NCBI GenBank assembly: GCA_964016885.1
Contig: OZ024759.1
Coordinates: 930,001-994,000, forward strand
From: Eledone cirrhosa
Taxonomy: Eukaryota
Direction of reading: 5' to 3'
Length of the DNA stretch: 64,000 nt
Part shown: positions 47,001 through 62,549 of the stretch, in pieces
Numbering within the stretch: the stretch's first letter is position 1
Layout of the letters: every line of letters starts with the position of its first letter
Notes under the pieces: generated by a model
The model's input: the letters and a program-made list of their open reading frames with translations, nothing else
The model's database searches: none
What the model was told of the DNA's origin: nothing
Translations under genes and position numbers: made by a program

Positions 47001-50000
47001 GACAAAGTCTATATTAGTAACATGACAAAGTCTATATTAGTAACATGACACAGTCTATATTAGTAACATGACACAGTGTATATTAGTAACATGACAGTGT
47101 ATATTAGTAACATGACAAAGTCTATATTAGTAACATGGCAAAGTCTATGTTAGTAACATGACAAAGTCTATATTAGTAACATGACAGTCTATATTAGTAA
47201 CATGACACATTCTATATTAGTAACATGACAAAGTCTATATTAGTAGCATGACAAAGTCTATATTAGTAACATGACAGTCTATATTAGTAACATGCCAAAG
47301 TCTATATTAGTAGCATGACAAAGTCTATATTAGTAGCATGACACAGTCTATATTAGTAACATGACACAGTCTATATTAGTAACATGACACAGTCTATATT
47401 TGTAGCATGACAAAGTCTATATTAGTAACATGACAAAGTCTATATTAGTAACATGACACAGTCTATATTAGTAACATGACAAAGTCTATATTAGTAACAT
47501 GACAAAGTCTATATTAGTAACATGACACAGTGTATATTAGTAACATGACACAGTCTATATTAGTAACATGACAGTCTATATTAGTAGCATGACAAAGTCT
47601 ATATTAGTAACATGACAAAGTCTATATTAGTAACATGACACAGTCTATATTAGTAACATGACACAATCTATATTAGTAACATGACAGTCTATATTAGTAA
47701 CATGACAAAGTCTATATTAGTAACATGGCAAAGTCTATGTTAGTAACATGACAAAGTCTATATTAGTAACATGACAGTCTATATTAGTAACATGACACAT
47801 TCTATATTAGTAACATGACAAAGTCTATATTAGTAGCATGACAAAGTCTATATTAGTAACATGACAGTCTATATTAGTAACATGCCAAAGTCTATATTAG
47901 TAGCATGACAAAGTCTATATTAGTAACATGACAAAGTCTATATTAGTAGCATGACAAAGTCTATATTAGTAGCATGATACAGTCTATATTAGTAACATGA
48001 CACAGTCTATATTAGTAACATGACACAGTCTATATTAGTAACATGACAAAGTCTATATTAGTAGCATAACAAAGTCTATATTAGTAACATGACAAAGTCT
48101 ATATTAGTAACATGACACAGTCTATATTAGTAACATGACAAAGTCTATATTAGTAACATGACAGTCTATATTAGTAACATGACACAGTCTATATTAGTAA
48201 CATGACAAAGTCTATATTAGTAACATGACACAGTCTATATTAGTAACATGACACAGTCTATATTAGTAACATGACACAGTTTATATTAGTAACATGACAA
48301 AGTCTATATTATTAACATGACAAAGTCTATATTAGTAACATGGCAGTCTATATTAGTAACATGACAAAGTCTATATTAGTAACATGACACAGTCTATATT
48401 AGTAACATGACAAAGACTCTATTAGTAACATGACAAAGTCTATATTAGTAACATGACAGTCTATATTAGTAACATGACAAAATCTATATTAGTAACATGA
48501 CAGTCTATATTAGTAACATGACAAAGTCTATATTAGTAACATGACAGTCTATATCGTACCATGACACAGTCTATATTAGTAACATGACATAGTCTATATT
48601 AGTAACATGACAAAGTCTATATTAGTAACATGACAGTCTATATTGTAACATGACACAGTCTATATTAGTAACATGACACAGTCTATATTAGTAACATGAC
48701 AGTCTATATTAGTAACATGACACAGTCTATATTAGTAACATGACACAGTCTATATTAGTAACATGACAGTCTATATTAGTAGCATGGCAATGTTTATATT
48801 AGTAACATGACACAGTCTATATTAGTAACAAGACATAGTCTATATTAGTAACATGACATAGTCTATATTAGTAGCATGACAAAGTCTATATTAGTAACAT
48901 GACAAAGTCTATATTAGTAACATGACACAGTCTATCTTAGTAACATGACAAAGTCTATATTAGTAACATGACACAGTCTATATTAGTAACATGACAAAGT
49001 CTATATTAGTAGCATGACAAAGTCTATATTAGTAACATGACACAGTCTATATTAGTAACATGACAAAGTCTATATTAGTAACATGACAAAGTCTATATTA
49101 GTAACATGACAGACTAAGTCTATATTAGTAACATGACACAGTCTATATTAGTAACATGACAGTCTATATTAGTAGCATGACAAAGTCTATATTAGTAACA
49201 TGACAAAGTCTATATTAGTAACATGACACAGTCTATATTAGTAACATGACACAGTGTATATTAGTAACATGACAGTGTATATTAGTAACATGACAAAGTC
49301 TATATTAGTAACATGGCAAAGTCTATGTTAGTAACATGACAAAGTCTATATTAGTAACATGACAGTCTATATTAGTAACATGACACATTCTATATTAGTA
49401 ACATGACAAAGTCTATATTAGTAGCATGACAAAGTCTATATTAGTAACATGACAGTCTATATTAGTAACATGCCAAAGTCTATATTAGTAGCATGACAAA
49501 GTCTATATTAGTAGCATGACACAGTCTATATTAGTAACATGACACAGTCTATATTAGTAACATGACACAGTCTATATTTGTAGCATGACAAAGTCTATAT
49601 TAGTAACATGACAAAGTCTATATTAGTAACATGACACAGTCTATATTAGTAACATGACAAAGTCTATATTAGTAACATGACAAAGTGTATATTAGTAACA
49701 TGACACAGTGTATATTAGTAATATGACAGTCTATATTAGTAGCATGACAAAGTCTATATTAGTAACATGACAAAGTCTATATTAGTAACATGACACAGTC
49801 TATATTAGTAACATGACACAGTCTATATTAGTAACATGACAAAGTCTATATTAGTAACATGGCAAAGTCTATATTAGTAACATGACAAAGTCTATATTAG
49901 TAACATGACAAGGTCTATATTAGTAACATGACACAGTCTATATTAGTAACATGACAAAGTCTATATTAGTAACATGACACAGTCTATATTAGTAACATGC

Positions 50001-53000
50001 CAAAGTCTATATTAGTAGCATGACAAAGTCTATATTAGTAGCATGACACAGTCTATATTAGTAACATGACACAGTCTATATTAGTAACATGACACAGTCT
50101 ATATTAGTAGCATGACAAAGTCTATATTAGTAACATGACAAAGTCTATATTAGTAACATGAGAAAGTCTATATTAGTAACATGACACAGTCTATATTAGT
50201 AACATGACAAAGTCTATATTAGTAACATGACACAGTCTATATTAGTAACATGACACAGTCTATATTAGTAACATGACAAAGTCTATATTAGTAGCATGAC
50301 CAAGTCTATATTAGTAACATGACAAAGTCTATATTAGTAACATGACACAGTCTATATTAGTAACATGACAAAGTCTATATTAGTAACATGACGGTCTATA
50401 TTAGTAACATGACAGTCTATATTAGTAGCATGACAAAGTCTATATTAGTAACATGACACAGTCTATATTAGTAACATGACACAGTCTATATTAGTAACAT
50501 GACACAGTCTATATTAGTAACATGACAAAGTCTATATTAGTAGCATGACAAAGTCTATATTAGTAACATGACACAGTCTATATTAGTAACATGACACAGT
50601 CTATATTAGTAACATGACATAGTCTATATTAGTAACATGACAAAGTCTATATTAGTAGCATGACACAGTCTAAATTAGTAACATGACACAGTCTATATTA
50701 GTAACATGACAGTCTATATTAGTAACATGACACAGTCTATATTAGTAACATGACAAAGTCTATATTAGTAGTATGACAAAGTCTATATTAGTAACATGAC
50801 AGTCTATATTAGTAACATGACAAAGTCTATATTAGTAGCATGACAAAGTCTATATTAGTAGCATGATACAGTCTTTATTAGTAACATGACACAGTCTATA
50901 TTAGTAACATGACACAGTCTATATTAGTAACATGACAAAGTCTATATTAGTAGCATAACAAAGTCTATATTAGTAACATGACAAAGTCTATATTAGTAAC
51001 ATGACACAGTCTATATTAGTAACATGACAAAGTCTATATTAGTAACATGACAGTCTATATTAGTAACATGACAAAGTCTATATTAGTAACATGACAGTCT
51101 ATATTAGTAACATGACACAGTCTATATTAGTAACATGACAAAGTCTATATTAGTAACATGACACAGTCTATATTAGTAACATGACACAGTTTATATTAGT
51201 AACATGACAAAGTCTATATTATTAACATGACAAAGTCTATATTAGTAACATGGCAGTCTATATTAGTAACATGACAAAGTCTATATTAGTAACATGACAC
51301 AGTCTATATTAGTAACATGACAAAGACTCTATTAGTAACATGACAAAGTCTATATTAGTAACATGACAGTCTATATTAGTAACATGACAAAATCTATATT
51401 AGTAACATGACAGTCTATATTAGTAACATGACAAAGTCTATATTAGTAACATGACAGTCTATATCGTACCATGACACAGTCTATATTAGTAACATGACAT
51501 AGTCTATATTAGTAACATGACAAAGTCTATATTAGTAACATGACAGTCTATATTGTAACATGACACAGTCTATATTAGTAACATGACACAGTCTATATTA
51601 GTAACATGACAGTCTATATTAGTAACATGACACGGTCTATATTAGTAACATGACACAGTCTATATTAGTAACATGACAGTCTATATTAGTAGCATGGCAA
51701 TGTCTATATTAGTAACATGACAAAGTCTATATTAGTAGCATAACAAAGTCTATATTAGTAACATGACAAAGTCTATATTAGTAACATGACACAGTCTATA
51801 TTAGTAACATGACAAAGTCTATATTAGTAACATGACAGTCTATATTAGTAACATGACACAGTCTATATTAGTAACATGACAAAGTCTATATTAGTAACAT
51901 GACACAGTCTATATTAGTAACATGACACAGTCTATATTAGTAACATGACACAGTTTATATTAGTAACATGACAAAGTCTATATTATTAACATGACAAAGT
52001 CTATATTAGTAACATGGCAGTCTATATTAGTAACATGACAAAGTCTATATTAGTAACATGACACAGTCTATATTAGTAACATGACAAAGACTCTATTAGT
52101 AACATGACAAAGTCTATATTAGTAACATGACAGTCTATATTAGTAACATGACAAAATCTATATTAGTAACATGACAGTCTATATTAGTAACATGACAAAG
52201 TCTATATTAGTAACATGACAGTCTATATCGTACCATGACACAGTCTATATTAGTAACATGACATAGTCTATATTAGTAACATGACAAAGTCTATATTAGT
52301 AACATGACAGTCTATATTGTAACATGACACAGTCTATATTAGTAACATGACACAGTCTATATTAGTAACATGACAGACTATATTAGTAACATGACACAGT
52401 CTATATTAGTAACATGACACAGTCTATATTAGTAACATGACAGTCTATATTAGTAGCATGGCAATGTCTATATTAGTAACATGACACAGTCTATATTAGT
52501 AACAAGACATAGTCTATATTAGTAACATGACATAGTCTATATTAGTAGCATGACAAAGTCTATATTAGTAACATGACAAAGTCTATATTAGTAACATGAC
52601 ACAGTCTATCTTAGTAACATGACAAAGTCTATATTAGTAACATGACACAGTCTATATTAGTAACATGACAAAGTCTATATTAGTAGCATGACAAAGTCTA
52701 TATTAGTAACATGACACAGTCTATATTAGTAACATGACAAAGTCTATATTAGTAACATGACAAAGTCTATATTAGTAACATGACAAAGTCTATATTAGTA
52801 ACATGACTAAGTCTATATTAGTAACATGACACAGTCTATATTAGTAACATGACAGTCTATATTAGTAGCATGACAAAGTCTATATTAGTAACATGACAAA
52901 GTCTATATTAGTAACATGACACAGTCTATATTAGTAACATGACACAGTGTATATTAGTAACATGACAGTGTATATTAGTAACATGACAAAGTCTATATTA

Positions 53001-56000
53001 GTAACATGGCAAAGTCTATGTTAGTAACATGACAAAGTCTATATTAGTAACATGACAGTCTATATTAGTAACATGACACATTCTATATTAGTAACATGAC
53101 AAAGTCTATATTAGTAGCATGACAAAGTCTATATTAGTAACATGACAGTCTATATTAGTAACATGCCAAAGTCTATATTAGTAGCATGACAAAGTCTATA
53201 TTAGTAGCATGACACAGTCTATATTAGTAACATGACACAGTCTATATTAGTAACATGACACAGTCTATATTTGTAGCATGACAAAGTCTATATTAGTAAC
53301 ATGACAAAGTCTATATTAGTAACATGACACAGTCTATATTAGTAACATGACAAAGTCTATATTAGTAACATGACAAAGTGTATATTAGTAACATGACACA
53401 GTGTATATTAGTAATATGACAGTCTATATTAGTAGCATGACAAAGTCTATATTAGTAACATGACAAAGTTTATATTAGTAACATGACACAGTCTATATTA
53501 GTAACATGACACAGTCTATATTAGTAACATGACACAGTCTATATTAGTAACATGACAAAGTCTATATTAGTAACATGGCAAAGTCTATATTAGTAACATG
53601 ACAAAGTCTATATTAGTAACATGACAAGGTCTATATTAGTAACATGACACAGTCTATATTAGTAACATGACAAAGTCTATATTAGTAACATGACACAGTC
53701 TATATTAGTAACATGCCAAAGTCTATATTAGTAGCATGACAAAGTCTATATTAGTAGCATGACACAGTCTATATTAGTAACATGACACAGTCTATATTAG
53801 TAACATGACACAGTCTATATTAGTAGCATGACAAAGTCTATATTAGTAACATGACAAAGTCTATATTAGTAACATGAGAAAGTCTATATTAGTAACATGA
53901 CACAGTCTATATTAGTAACATGACAAAGTCTATATTAGTAGCATGACACAGTCTATATTAGTAACATGACACAGTCTATATTAGTAACATGACAAAGTCT
54001 ATATTAGTAGCATGACCAAGTCTATATTAGTAACATGACAAAGTCTATATTAGTAACATGACACAGTCTATATTAGTAACATGACAAAGTCTATATTAGT
54101 AACATGACGGTCTATATTAGTAACATGACAGTCTATATTAGTAGCATGACAAAGTCTATATTAGTAACATGACACAGTCGATATTAGTAACATGACACAG
54201 TCTATATTAGTAACATGACACAGTCTATATTAGTAACATGACAAAGTCTATATTAGTAGCATGACAAAGTCTATATTAGTAACATGACACAGTCTATATT
54301 AGTAACATGACACAGTCTATATTAGTAACATGACATAGTCTATATTAGTAACATGACAAAGTCTATATTAGTAGCATGACACAGTCTAAATTAGTAACAT
54401 GACACAGTCTATATTAGTAACATGACAGTCTATATTAGTAACATGACACAGTCTATATTAGTAACATGACAAAGTCTATATTAGTAGTATGACAAAGTCT
54501 ATATTAGTAACATGACAGTCTATATTAGTAACATGACAAAGTCTATATTAGTAGCATGACAAAGTCTATATTAGTAGCATGATACAGTCTATATTAGTAA
54601 CATGACACAGTCTATATTAGTAACATGACAGAGTCTATATTAGTAACATGACAAAGTCTATATTAGTAGCATAACAAAGTCTATATTAGTAACATGACAA
54701 AGTCTATATTAGTAACATGACACAGTCTATATTAGTAACATGACAAAGTCTATATTAGTAACATGACAGTCTATATTAGTAACATGACACAGTCTATATT
54801 AGTAACATGACAAAGTCTATATTAGTAACATGACAGTCTATATTAGTAACATGACACAGTCTATATTAGTAACATGACAAAGTCTATATTAGTAACATGA
54901 CACAGTCTATATTAGTAACATGACACAGTTTATATTAGTAACATGACAAAGTCTATATTATTAACATGACAAAGTCTATATTAGTAACATGGCAGTCTAT
55001 ATTAGTAACATGACAAAGTCTATATTAGTAACATGACACAGTCTATATTAGTAACATGACAAAGACTCTATTAGTAACATGACAAAGTCTATATTAGTAA
55101 CATGACAGTCTATATTAGTAACATGACAAAATCTATATTAGTAACATGACAGTCTATATTAGTAACATGACAAAGTCTATATTAGTAACATGACAGTCTA
55201 TATCGTACCATGACACAGTCTATATTAGTAACATGACATAGTCTATATTAGTAACATGACAAAGTCTATATTAGTAACATGACAGTCTATATTGTAACAT
55301 GACACAGTCTATATTAGTAACATGACACAGTCTATATTAGTAACATGACAGTCTATATTAGTAACATGACACGGTCTATATTAGTAACATGACACAGTCT
55401 ATATTAGTAACATGACAGTCTATATTAGTAGCATGGCAATGTCTATATTAGTAACATGACACAGTCTATATTAGTAACAAGACATAGTCTATATTAGTAA
55501 CATGACATAGTCTATATTAGTAGCATGACAAAGTCTATATTAGTAACATGACAAAGTCTATATTAGTAACATGACACAGTCTATCTTAGTAACATGACAA
55601 AGTCTATATTAGTAACATGACACAGTCTATATTAGTAACATGACAAAGTCTATATTAGTAGCATGACAAAGTCTATATTAGTAACATGACACAGTCTATA
55701 TTAGTAACATGACAAAGTCTATATTAGTAACATGACAAAGTCTATATTAGTAACATGACAAAGTCTATATTAGTAACATGACTAAGTCTATATTAGTAAC
55801 ATGACACAGTCTATATTAGTAACATGACAGTCTATATTAGTAGCATGACAAAGTCTATATTAGTAACATGACAAAGTCTATATTAGTAACATGACACAGT
55901 CTATATTAGTAACATGACACAGTCTATATTAGTAACATGACAGTCTATATTAGTAACATGACAAAGTCTATATTAGTAACATGGCAAAGTCTATGTTAGT

Positions 56001-58430
56001 AACATGACAAAGTCTATATTAGTAGCATGACAGTCTATATTAGTAACATGACACATTCTATATTAGTAACATGACAAAGTCTATATTAGTAGCATGACAA
56101 AGTCTATATTAGTAACATGACAGTCTATATTAGTAACATGCCAAAGTCTATATTAGTAGCATGACAAAGTCTATATTAGTAACATGACAAAGTCTATATT
56201 AGTAGCATGACAAAGTCTATATTAGTAGCATGATACAGTCTATATTAGTAACATGACACAGTCTATATTAGTAACATGACACAGTCTATATTAGTAACAT
56301 GACAAAGTCTATATTAGTAGCATAACAAAGTCTATATTAGTAACCTGACAAAGTCTATATTAGTAACATGACACAGTCTATATTAGTAACATGACAAAGT
56401 CTATATTAGTAACATGACAGTCTATATTAGTAACATGACACAGTCTATATTAGTAACATGACAAAGTCTATATTAGTAACATGACACAGTCTATATTAGT
56501 AACATGACAAAGTCTATATTATTAACATGGCAAAGTCTATATTAGTAACATGGCAGTCTATATTAGTAACATGACAAAGTCTATATTAGTAACATGACAC
56601 AGTCTATATTAGTAACATGACAAAGACTCTATTAGTAACATGACAAAGTCTATATTAGTAACATGACAGTCTATATTAGTAACATGACAAAATCTATATT
56701 AGTAACATGACAGTCTATATTAGTAACATGACAAAGTCTATATTAGTAACATGACAGTCTATATCGTACCATGACACAGTCTATATTAGTAACATGACAC
56801 AGTCTATATTAGTAACATGACAGTCTATATTAGTAACATGACACAGTCTATATTAGTAACATGACACAGTCTATATTAGTAACATGACAGTCTATATTAG
56901 TAGCATGGCAATGTCTATATTAGTAACATGACACAGTCTATATTAGTAACAAGACATAGTCTATATTAGTAACATGACATAGTCTATATTAGTAGCATGA
57001 CAAAGTCTATATTAGTAACATGACAAAGTCTATATTAGTAACATGACACAGTCTATCTTAGTAACATGACAAAGTCTATATTAGTAACATGACACAGTCT
57101 ATATTAGTAACATGACAAAGTATATATTAGTAGCATGACAAAGTCTATATTAGTAACATGACACAGTCTATATTAGTAACATGACAAAGTCTATATTAGT
57201 AACATGACAAAGTCTATATTAGTAACATGACAAAGTCTATATTAGTAACATGACTAAGTCTATATTAGTAACATGACACAGTCTATATTAGTAACATGAC
57301 AGTCTATATTAGTAGCATGACAAAGTCTATATTAGTAACATGACAAAGTCTATATTAGTAACATGACACAGTCTATATTAGTAACATGACACAGTCTATA
57401 TTAGTAACATGACAGTCTATATTAGTAACATGACAAAGTCTATATTAGTAACATGGCAAAGTCTATGTTAGTAACATGACAAAGTCTATATTAGTAACAT
57501 GACAGTCTATATTAGTAACATGACACATTCTATATTAGTAACATGACAAAGTCTATATTAGTAGCATGACAAAGTCTATATTAGTAACATGACAGTCTAT
57601 ATTAGTAACATGCCAAAGTCTATATTAGTTACATGACAAAGTCTATATTAGTAACATGACAAAGTCTATATTAGTAACATGACACAGTCTATATTAGTAA
57701 CATGACACAGTCTATATTAGTAACATGACAAAGTCTATATTAGTAGCATGACCAAGTCTATATTAGTAACATGACAAAGTCTATATTAGTAACATGACAC
57801 AGTCTATATTAGTAACATGACAAAGTCTATATTAGTAACATGACGGTCTATATTAGTAACATGACAGTCTATATTAGTAGCATGACAAAGTCTATATTAG
57901 TAACATGACACAGTCTATATTAGTAACATGACACAGTCTATATTAGTAACATGACACAGTCTATATTAGTAACATGACAAAGTCTATATTAGTAGCATGG
58001 CAAAGTCTATATTAGTAACATGACACAGTCTATATCAGTAACATGACACAGTCTATATTAGTAACATGACATAGTCTATATTAGTAACATGACAAAGTCT
58101 ATATTAGTAGCATGACACAGTCTAAATTAGTAACATGACACAGTCTATATTAGTAACATGACAGTCTATATTAGTAACATGACACAGTCTATATTAGTAA
58201 CATGACAAAGTCTATATTAGTAGTATGACAAAGACTATATTAGTAACATGACAGTCTATATTAGTAACATGACAAAGTCTATATTAGTAGCATGACAAAG
58301 TCTATATTAGTAGCATGACACAGTCTATATTAGTAACATGACACAGTCTATATTAGTAACATGACACAGTCTATATTAGTAACATGACAAAGTCTATATT
58401 AGTAGCATGACAAAGTCTATATTAGTAACA
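31085..58430 (+). repeat. Tandem duplication of a ~13.7-kb unit (offsets 13673, 13672, 13718, 13716)
   Basis: GTTGAT 32411/46083; GCAATGTTTAT 35120/48792; GACAGACTAAG 35441/49113; CTTTATT 37201/50873; GTCGAT 40462/54180; AACCTGA 42627/56345; TATCAGT 44320/58036. Confidence 0.94.
37270..38800 (+). repeat. Local tandem duplication, offset 764 bp (repeated at ~50940-52470)
   Basis: ATCGTACC at 37793/38557 and 51465/52229. After GGCAATG at ~38025 the variant order jumps back to GCATAAC. Confidence 0.85.
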
Positions 58431-61400
58431 TGACAAAGTCTATATTAGTAACATGACACAGTCTATATTAGTAACATGACAAAGTCTATATTAGTAACAT
58501 GACAGTCTATATTAGTAACATGACACAGTCTATATTAGTAACATGACAAAGTCTATATTAGTAACATGACACAGTCTATATTAGTAACATGACACAGTCT
58601 ATATTAGTAACATGACACAGTTTATATTAGTAACATGACAAAGTCTATATTAGTAACATGACAAAGTCTATATTAGTAACATGGCAGTCTATATTAGTAA
58701 CATGACAAAGTCTATATTAGTAACATGACAAAGACTCTATTAGTAACATGACAAAGTCTATATTAGTAACATGACAGTCTATATTAGTAACATGACAAAA
58801 TCTATATTAGTAACATGACAGTCTATATTAGTAACATGACAAAGTCTATATTAGGAACATGACAGTCTATATCGTACCATGACACAATCTATATTAGTAA
58901 CATGACATAGTCTATATTAGTAACATGACAAAGTCTATATTAGTAACATGACAGTCTATATTGTAACATGACACAGTCTATATTAGTAACATGACACAGT
59001 CTATATTAGTAACATGACAGTCTATATTAGTAACATGACACAGTCTATATTAGTAACATGACACAGTCTATATTAGTAACATGACAGTCTATATTAGTAG
59101 CATGGCAATGTCTATATTAGTAACATGACACAGTCTATATTAGTAACAAGACATAGTCTATATTAGTAACATGACATAGTCTATATTAGTAGCATGACAA
59201 AGTCTATATTAGTAACATGACAAAGTCTATATTAGTAACATGACACAGTCTATCTTAGTAACATGACAAAGTCTATATTAGTAACATGACACAGTCTATA
59301 TTAGTAACATGACAAAGTCTATATTAGTAGCATGACAAAGTCTATATTAGTAACATGACACAGTCTATATTAGTAACATGACAAAGTCTATATTAGTAAC
59401 ATGACAAAGTCTATATTAGTAACATGACAAAGTCTATATTAGTAACATGACTAAGTCTATATTAGTAACATGACACAGTCTATATTAGTAACATGACAGT
59501 CTATATTAGTAGCATGACAAAGTCTATATTAGTAACATGACAAAGTCTATATTAGTAACATGACACAGTCTATATTAGTAACATGACACAGTCTATATTA
59601 GTAACATGACAGTCTATATTAGTAACATGACAAAGTCTATATTAGTAACATGGCAAAGTCTATGTTAGTAACATGACAAAGTCTATATTAGTAACATGAC
59701 AGTCTATATTAGTAACATGACACATTCTATATTAGTAACATGACAAAGTCTATATTAGTAGCATGACAAAGACTATATTAGTAACATGACAGTCTATATT
59801 AGTAACATGCCAAAGTCTATATTAGTAGCATGACAAAGTCTATATTAGTAGCATGACACAGTCTATATTAGTAACATGACACAGTCTATATTAGTAACAT
59901 GACACAGTCTATATTAGTAGCATGTCAAAGTCTATATTAGTAACATGACAAAGTCTATATTAGTAACATGACACAGTCTATATTAGTAACATGACAAAGT
60001 CTATATTAGTAACATGACAAAGTCTATATTAGTAACATGACACAGTGTATATTAGTAATATGACACAGTCTATATTAGTAACATGACAAAGTCTATATTA
60101 GTAACATGACAAAGTCTATATTAGTAACATGACACAGTCTATATTAGTAACATGACACAGTCTATATTAGTAACATGACACAGTCTATATTAGTAACATG
60201 ACAAAGTCTATATTAGTAACATGGCAAAGTCTATATTAGTAACATGACAAAGTCTATATTAGTAACATGACAAGGTCTATATTAGTAACATGACACAGTC
60301 TATATTAGTAACATGACAAAGTCTATATTAGTAACATGACAGTCTATATTAGTAACATGCCAAAGTCTATATTAGTAGCATGACAAAGTCTATATTAGTA
60401 GCATGACACAGTCTATATTAGTAACATGACATAGTCTATATTAGTAACATGACACAGTCTATATTAGTAGCATGACAAAGTCTATATTAGTAACATGACA
60501 AAGTCTATATTAGTAACATGAGAAAGTCTATATTAGTAACATGACACAGTCTATATTAGTAACATGACAAAGTCTATATTAGTAACATGACACAGTCTAT
60601 ATTAGTAACATGACACAGTCTATATTAGTAACATGACAAAGTCTATATTAGTAGCATGACAAAGTCTATATTAGTAACATGACAAAGTCTATATTAGTAA
60701 CATGACACAGTCTATATTAGTAACATGACAAAGTCTATATTAGTAACATGACGGTCAATATTAGTAACATGACAGTCTATATTAGTAGCATGACAAAGTC
60801 TATATTAGTAACATGACACAGTCTATATTAGTAACATGACACAGTCTATATTAGTAACATGACAAAGTCTATATTAGTAGCATGACAAAGTCTATATTAG
60901 TAACATGACACAGTCTATATTAGTAACATGACAAAGTCTATATTAGTAGCATGACAAAGTCTATATTAGTAACATGACAAAGTCTATATTAGTAACATGA
61001 CACAGTCTATATTAGTAATATGACAGTCTATATTAGTAACATGACAGTCCATATTAGTAGCATGACAAAGTCTATATTAGTAACATGACAAAGTCTATAT
61101 TAGTAACATGACACAGTCTATATTAGTAACATGACACAGTCTATATTAGTAACATCATATAGTCTATATTAGTAACATGACAAAGTCTATATTAGTAACA
61201 TGGCAAAGTCTATATTAGTAACATGACAAAGTCTATATTAGTAACATGACAAGGCCTATATTAGTAACATGACACAGTCTATATTAGTAACATGACAAAG
61301 TCTATATTAGTAACATGACAGTCTATATTAGTAACATGACAAAGTCTATATTAGTAACATGACAGAGTCTATATTAGTAACATGACAGTCTATATTAGTA

Positions 61401-62549
61401 ACATGACAAAGTCTATATTAGTAACATGACACAGTCTATATTAGTAACATGACACAGTCTATATTAGTAACATGACACAGTTTATATTAGTAACATGACA
61501 AAGTCTATATTAGTAACATGACAAAGTCTATATTAGTAACATGGCAGTCTATATTAGTTACATGACAAAGTCTATATTAGTAACATGACACAGTCTATAT
61601 TAGTAACATGACAAAGACTCTATTAGTAACATGACAAAGTCTATATTAGTAACATGACAGTCTATATTAGTAACATGACAAAATCTATATTAGTAACATG
61701 ACAGTCTATATTAGTAACATGACAAAGTCTATATTAGTAACATGACAGTCTATATTGTACCATGACACAGTCTATATTAGTAACATGACATAGTCTATAT
61801 TAGTAACATGACAAAGTCTATATTAGTAACATGACAGTCTATATTGTAACATGACACAGTCTATATTAGTAACATGACACAGTCTATATTAGTAACATGA
61901 CAGTCTATATTAGTAACATGACAAAGTCTATATTAGTAACATGACAAAGTCTATATTAGTAACATGACAAAGTATATATTAGTAGCATGACACAGTCTAT
62001 ATTAGTAACATGACAAAGTCTATATTAGTAACATGACACAGTCTATATTAGTAACATGACAAAGTCTATATTAGTAACATGACACAGTCTATATTAGTAA
62101 CATGACAAAGTCTATATTAGTAACATGACAAAGTATATATTAGTAGCATGACAAAGTCTATATTAGTAACATGACACAGTCTATATTAGTAACATGACAT
62201 AGTCTATATTAGTAACATGACAAAGTCTATATTAGTAGCATGACACAGTCTAAATTAGTAACATGACACAGTCTATATTAGTAACATGACAGTCTACATT
62301 AGTAACATGACACAGTCTATATTAGTAACATGACAAAGTCTATATTAGTAGTATGACAAAGACTATATTAGTAACATGACAGTCTATATTAGTAACATGA
62401 CAAAGTCTATATTAGTAGCATGACAAAGTCTATATTAGTAGCATGACACAGTCTATATTAGTAACATGACACAGTCTATATTAGTAACATGACACAGTCT
62501 ATATTAGTAACATGACAAAGTCTATATTAGTAGCATGACAAAGTCTATA

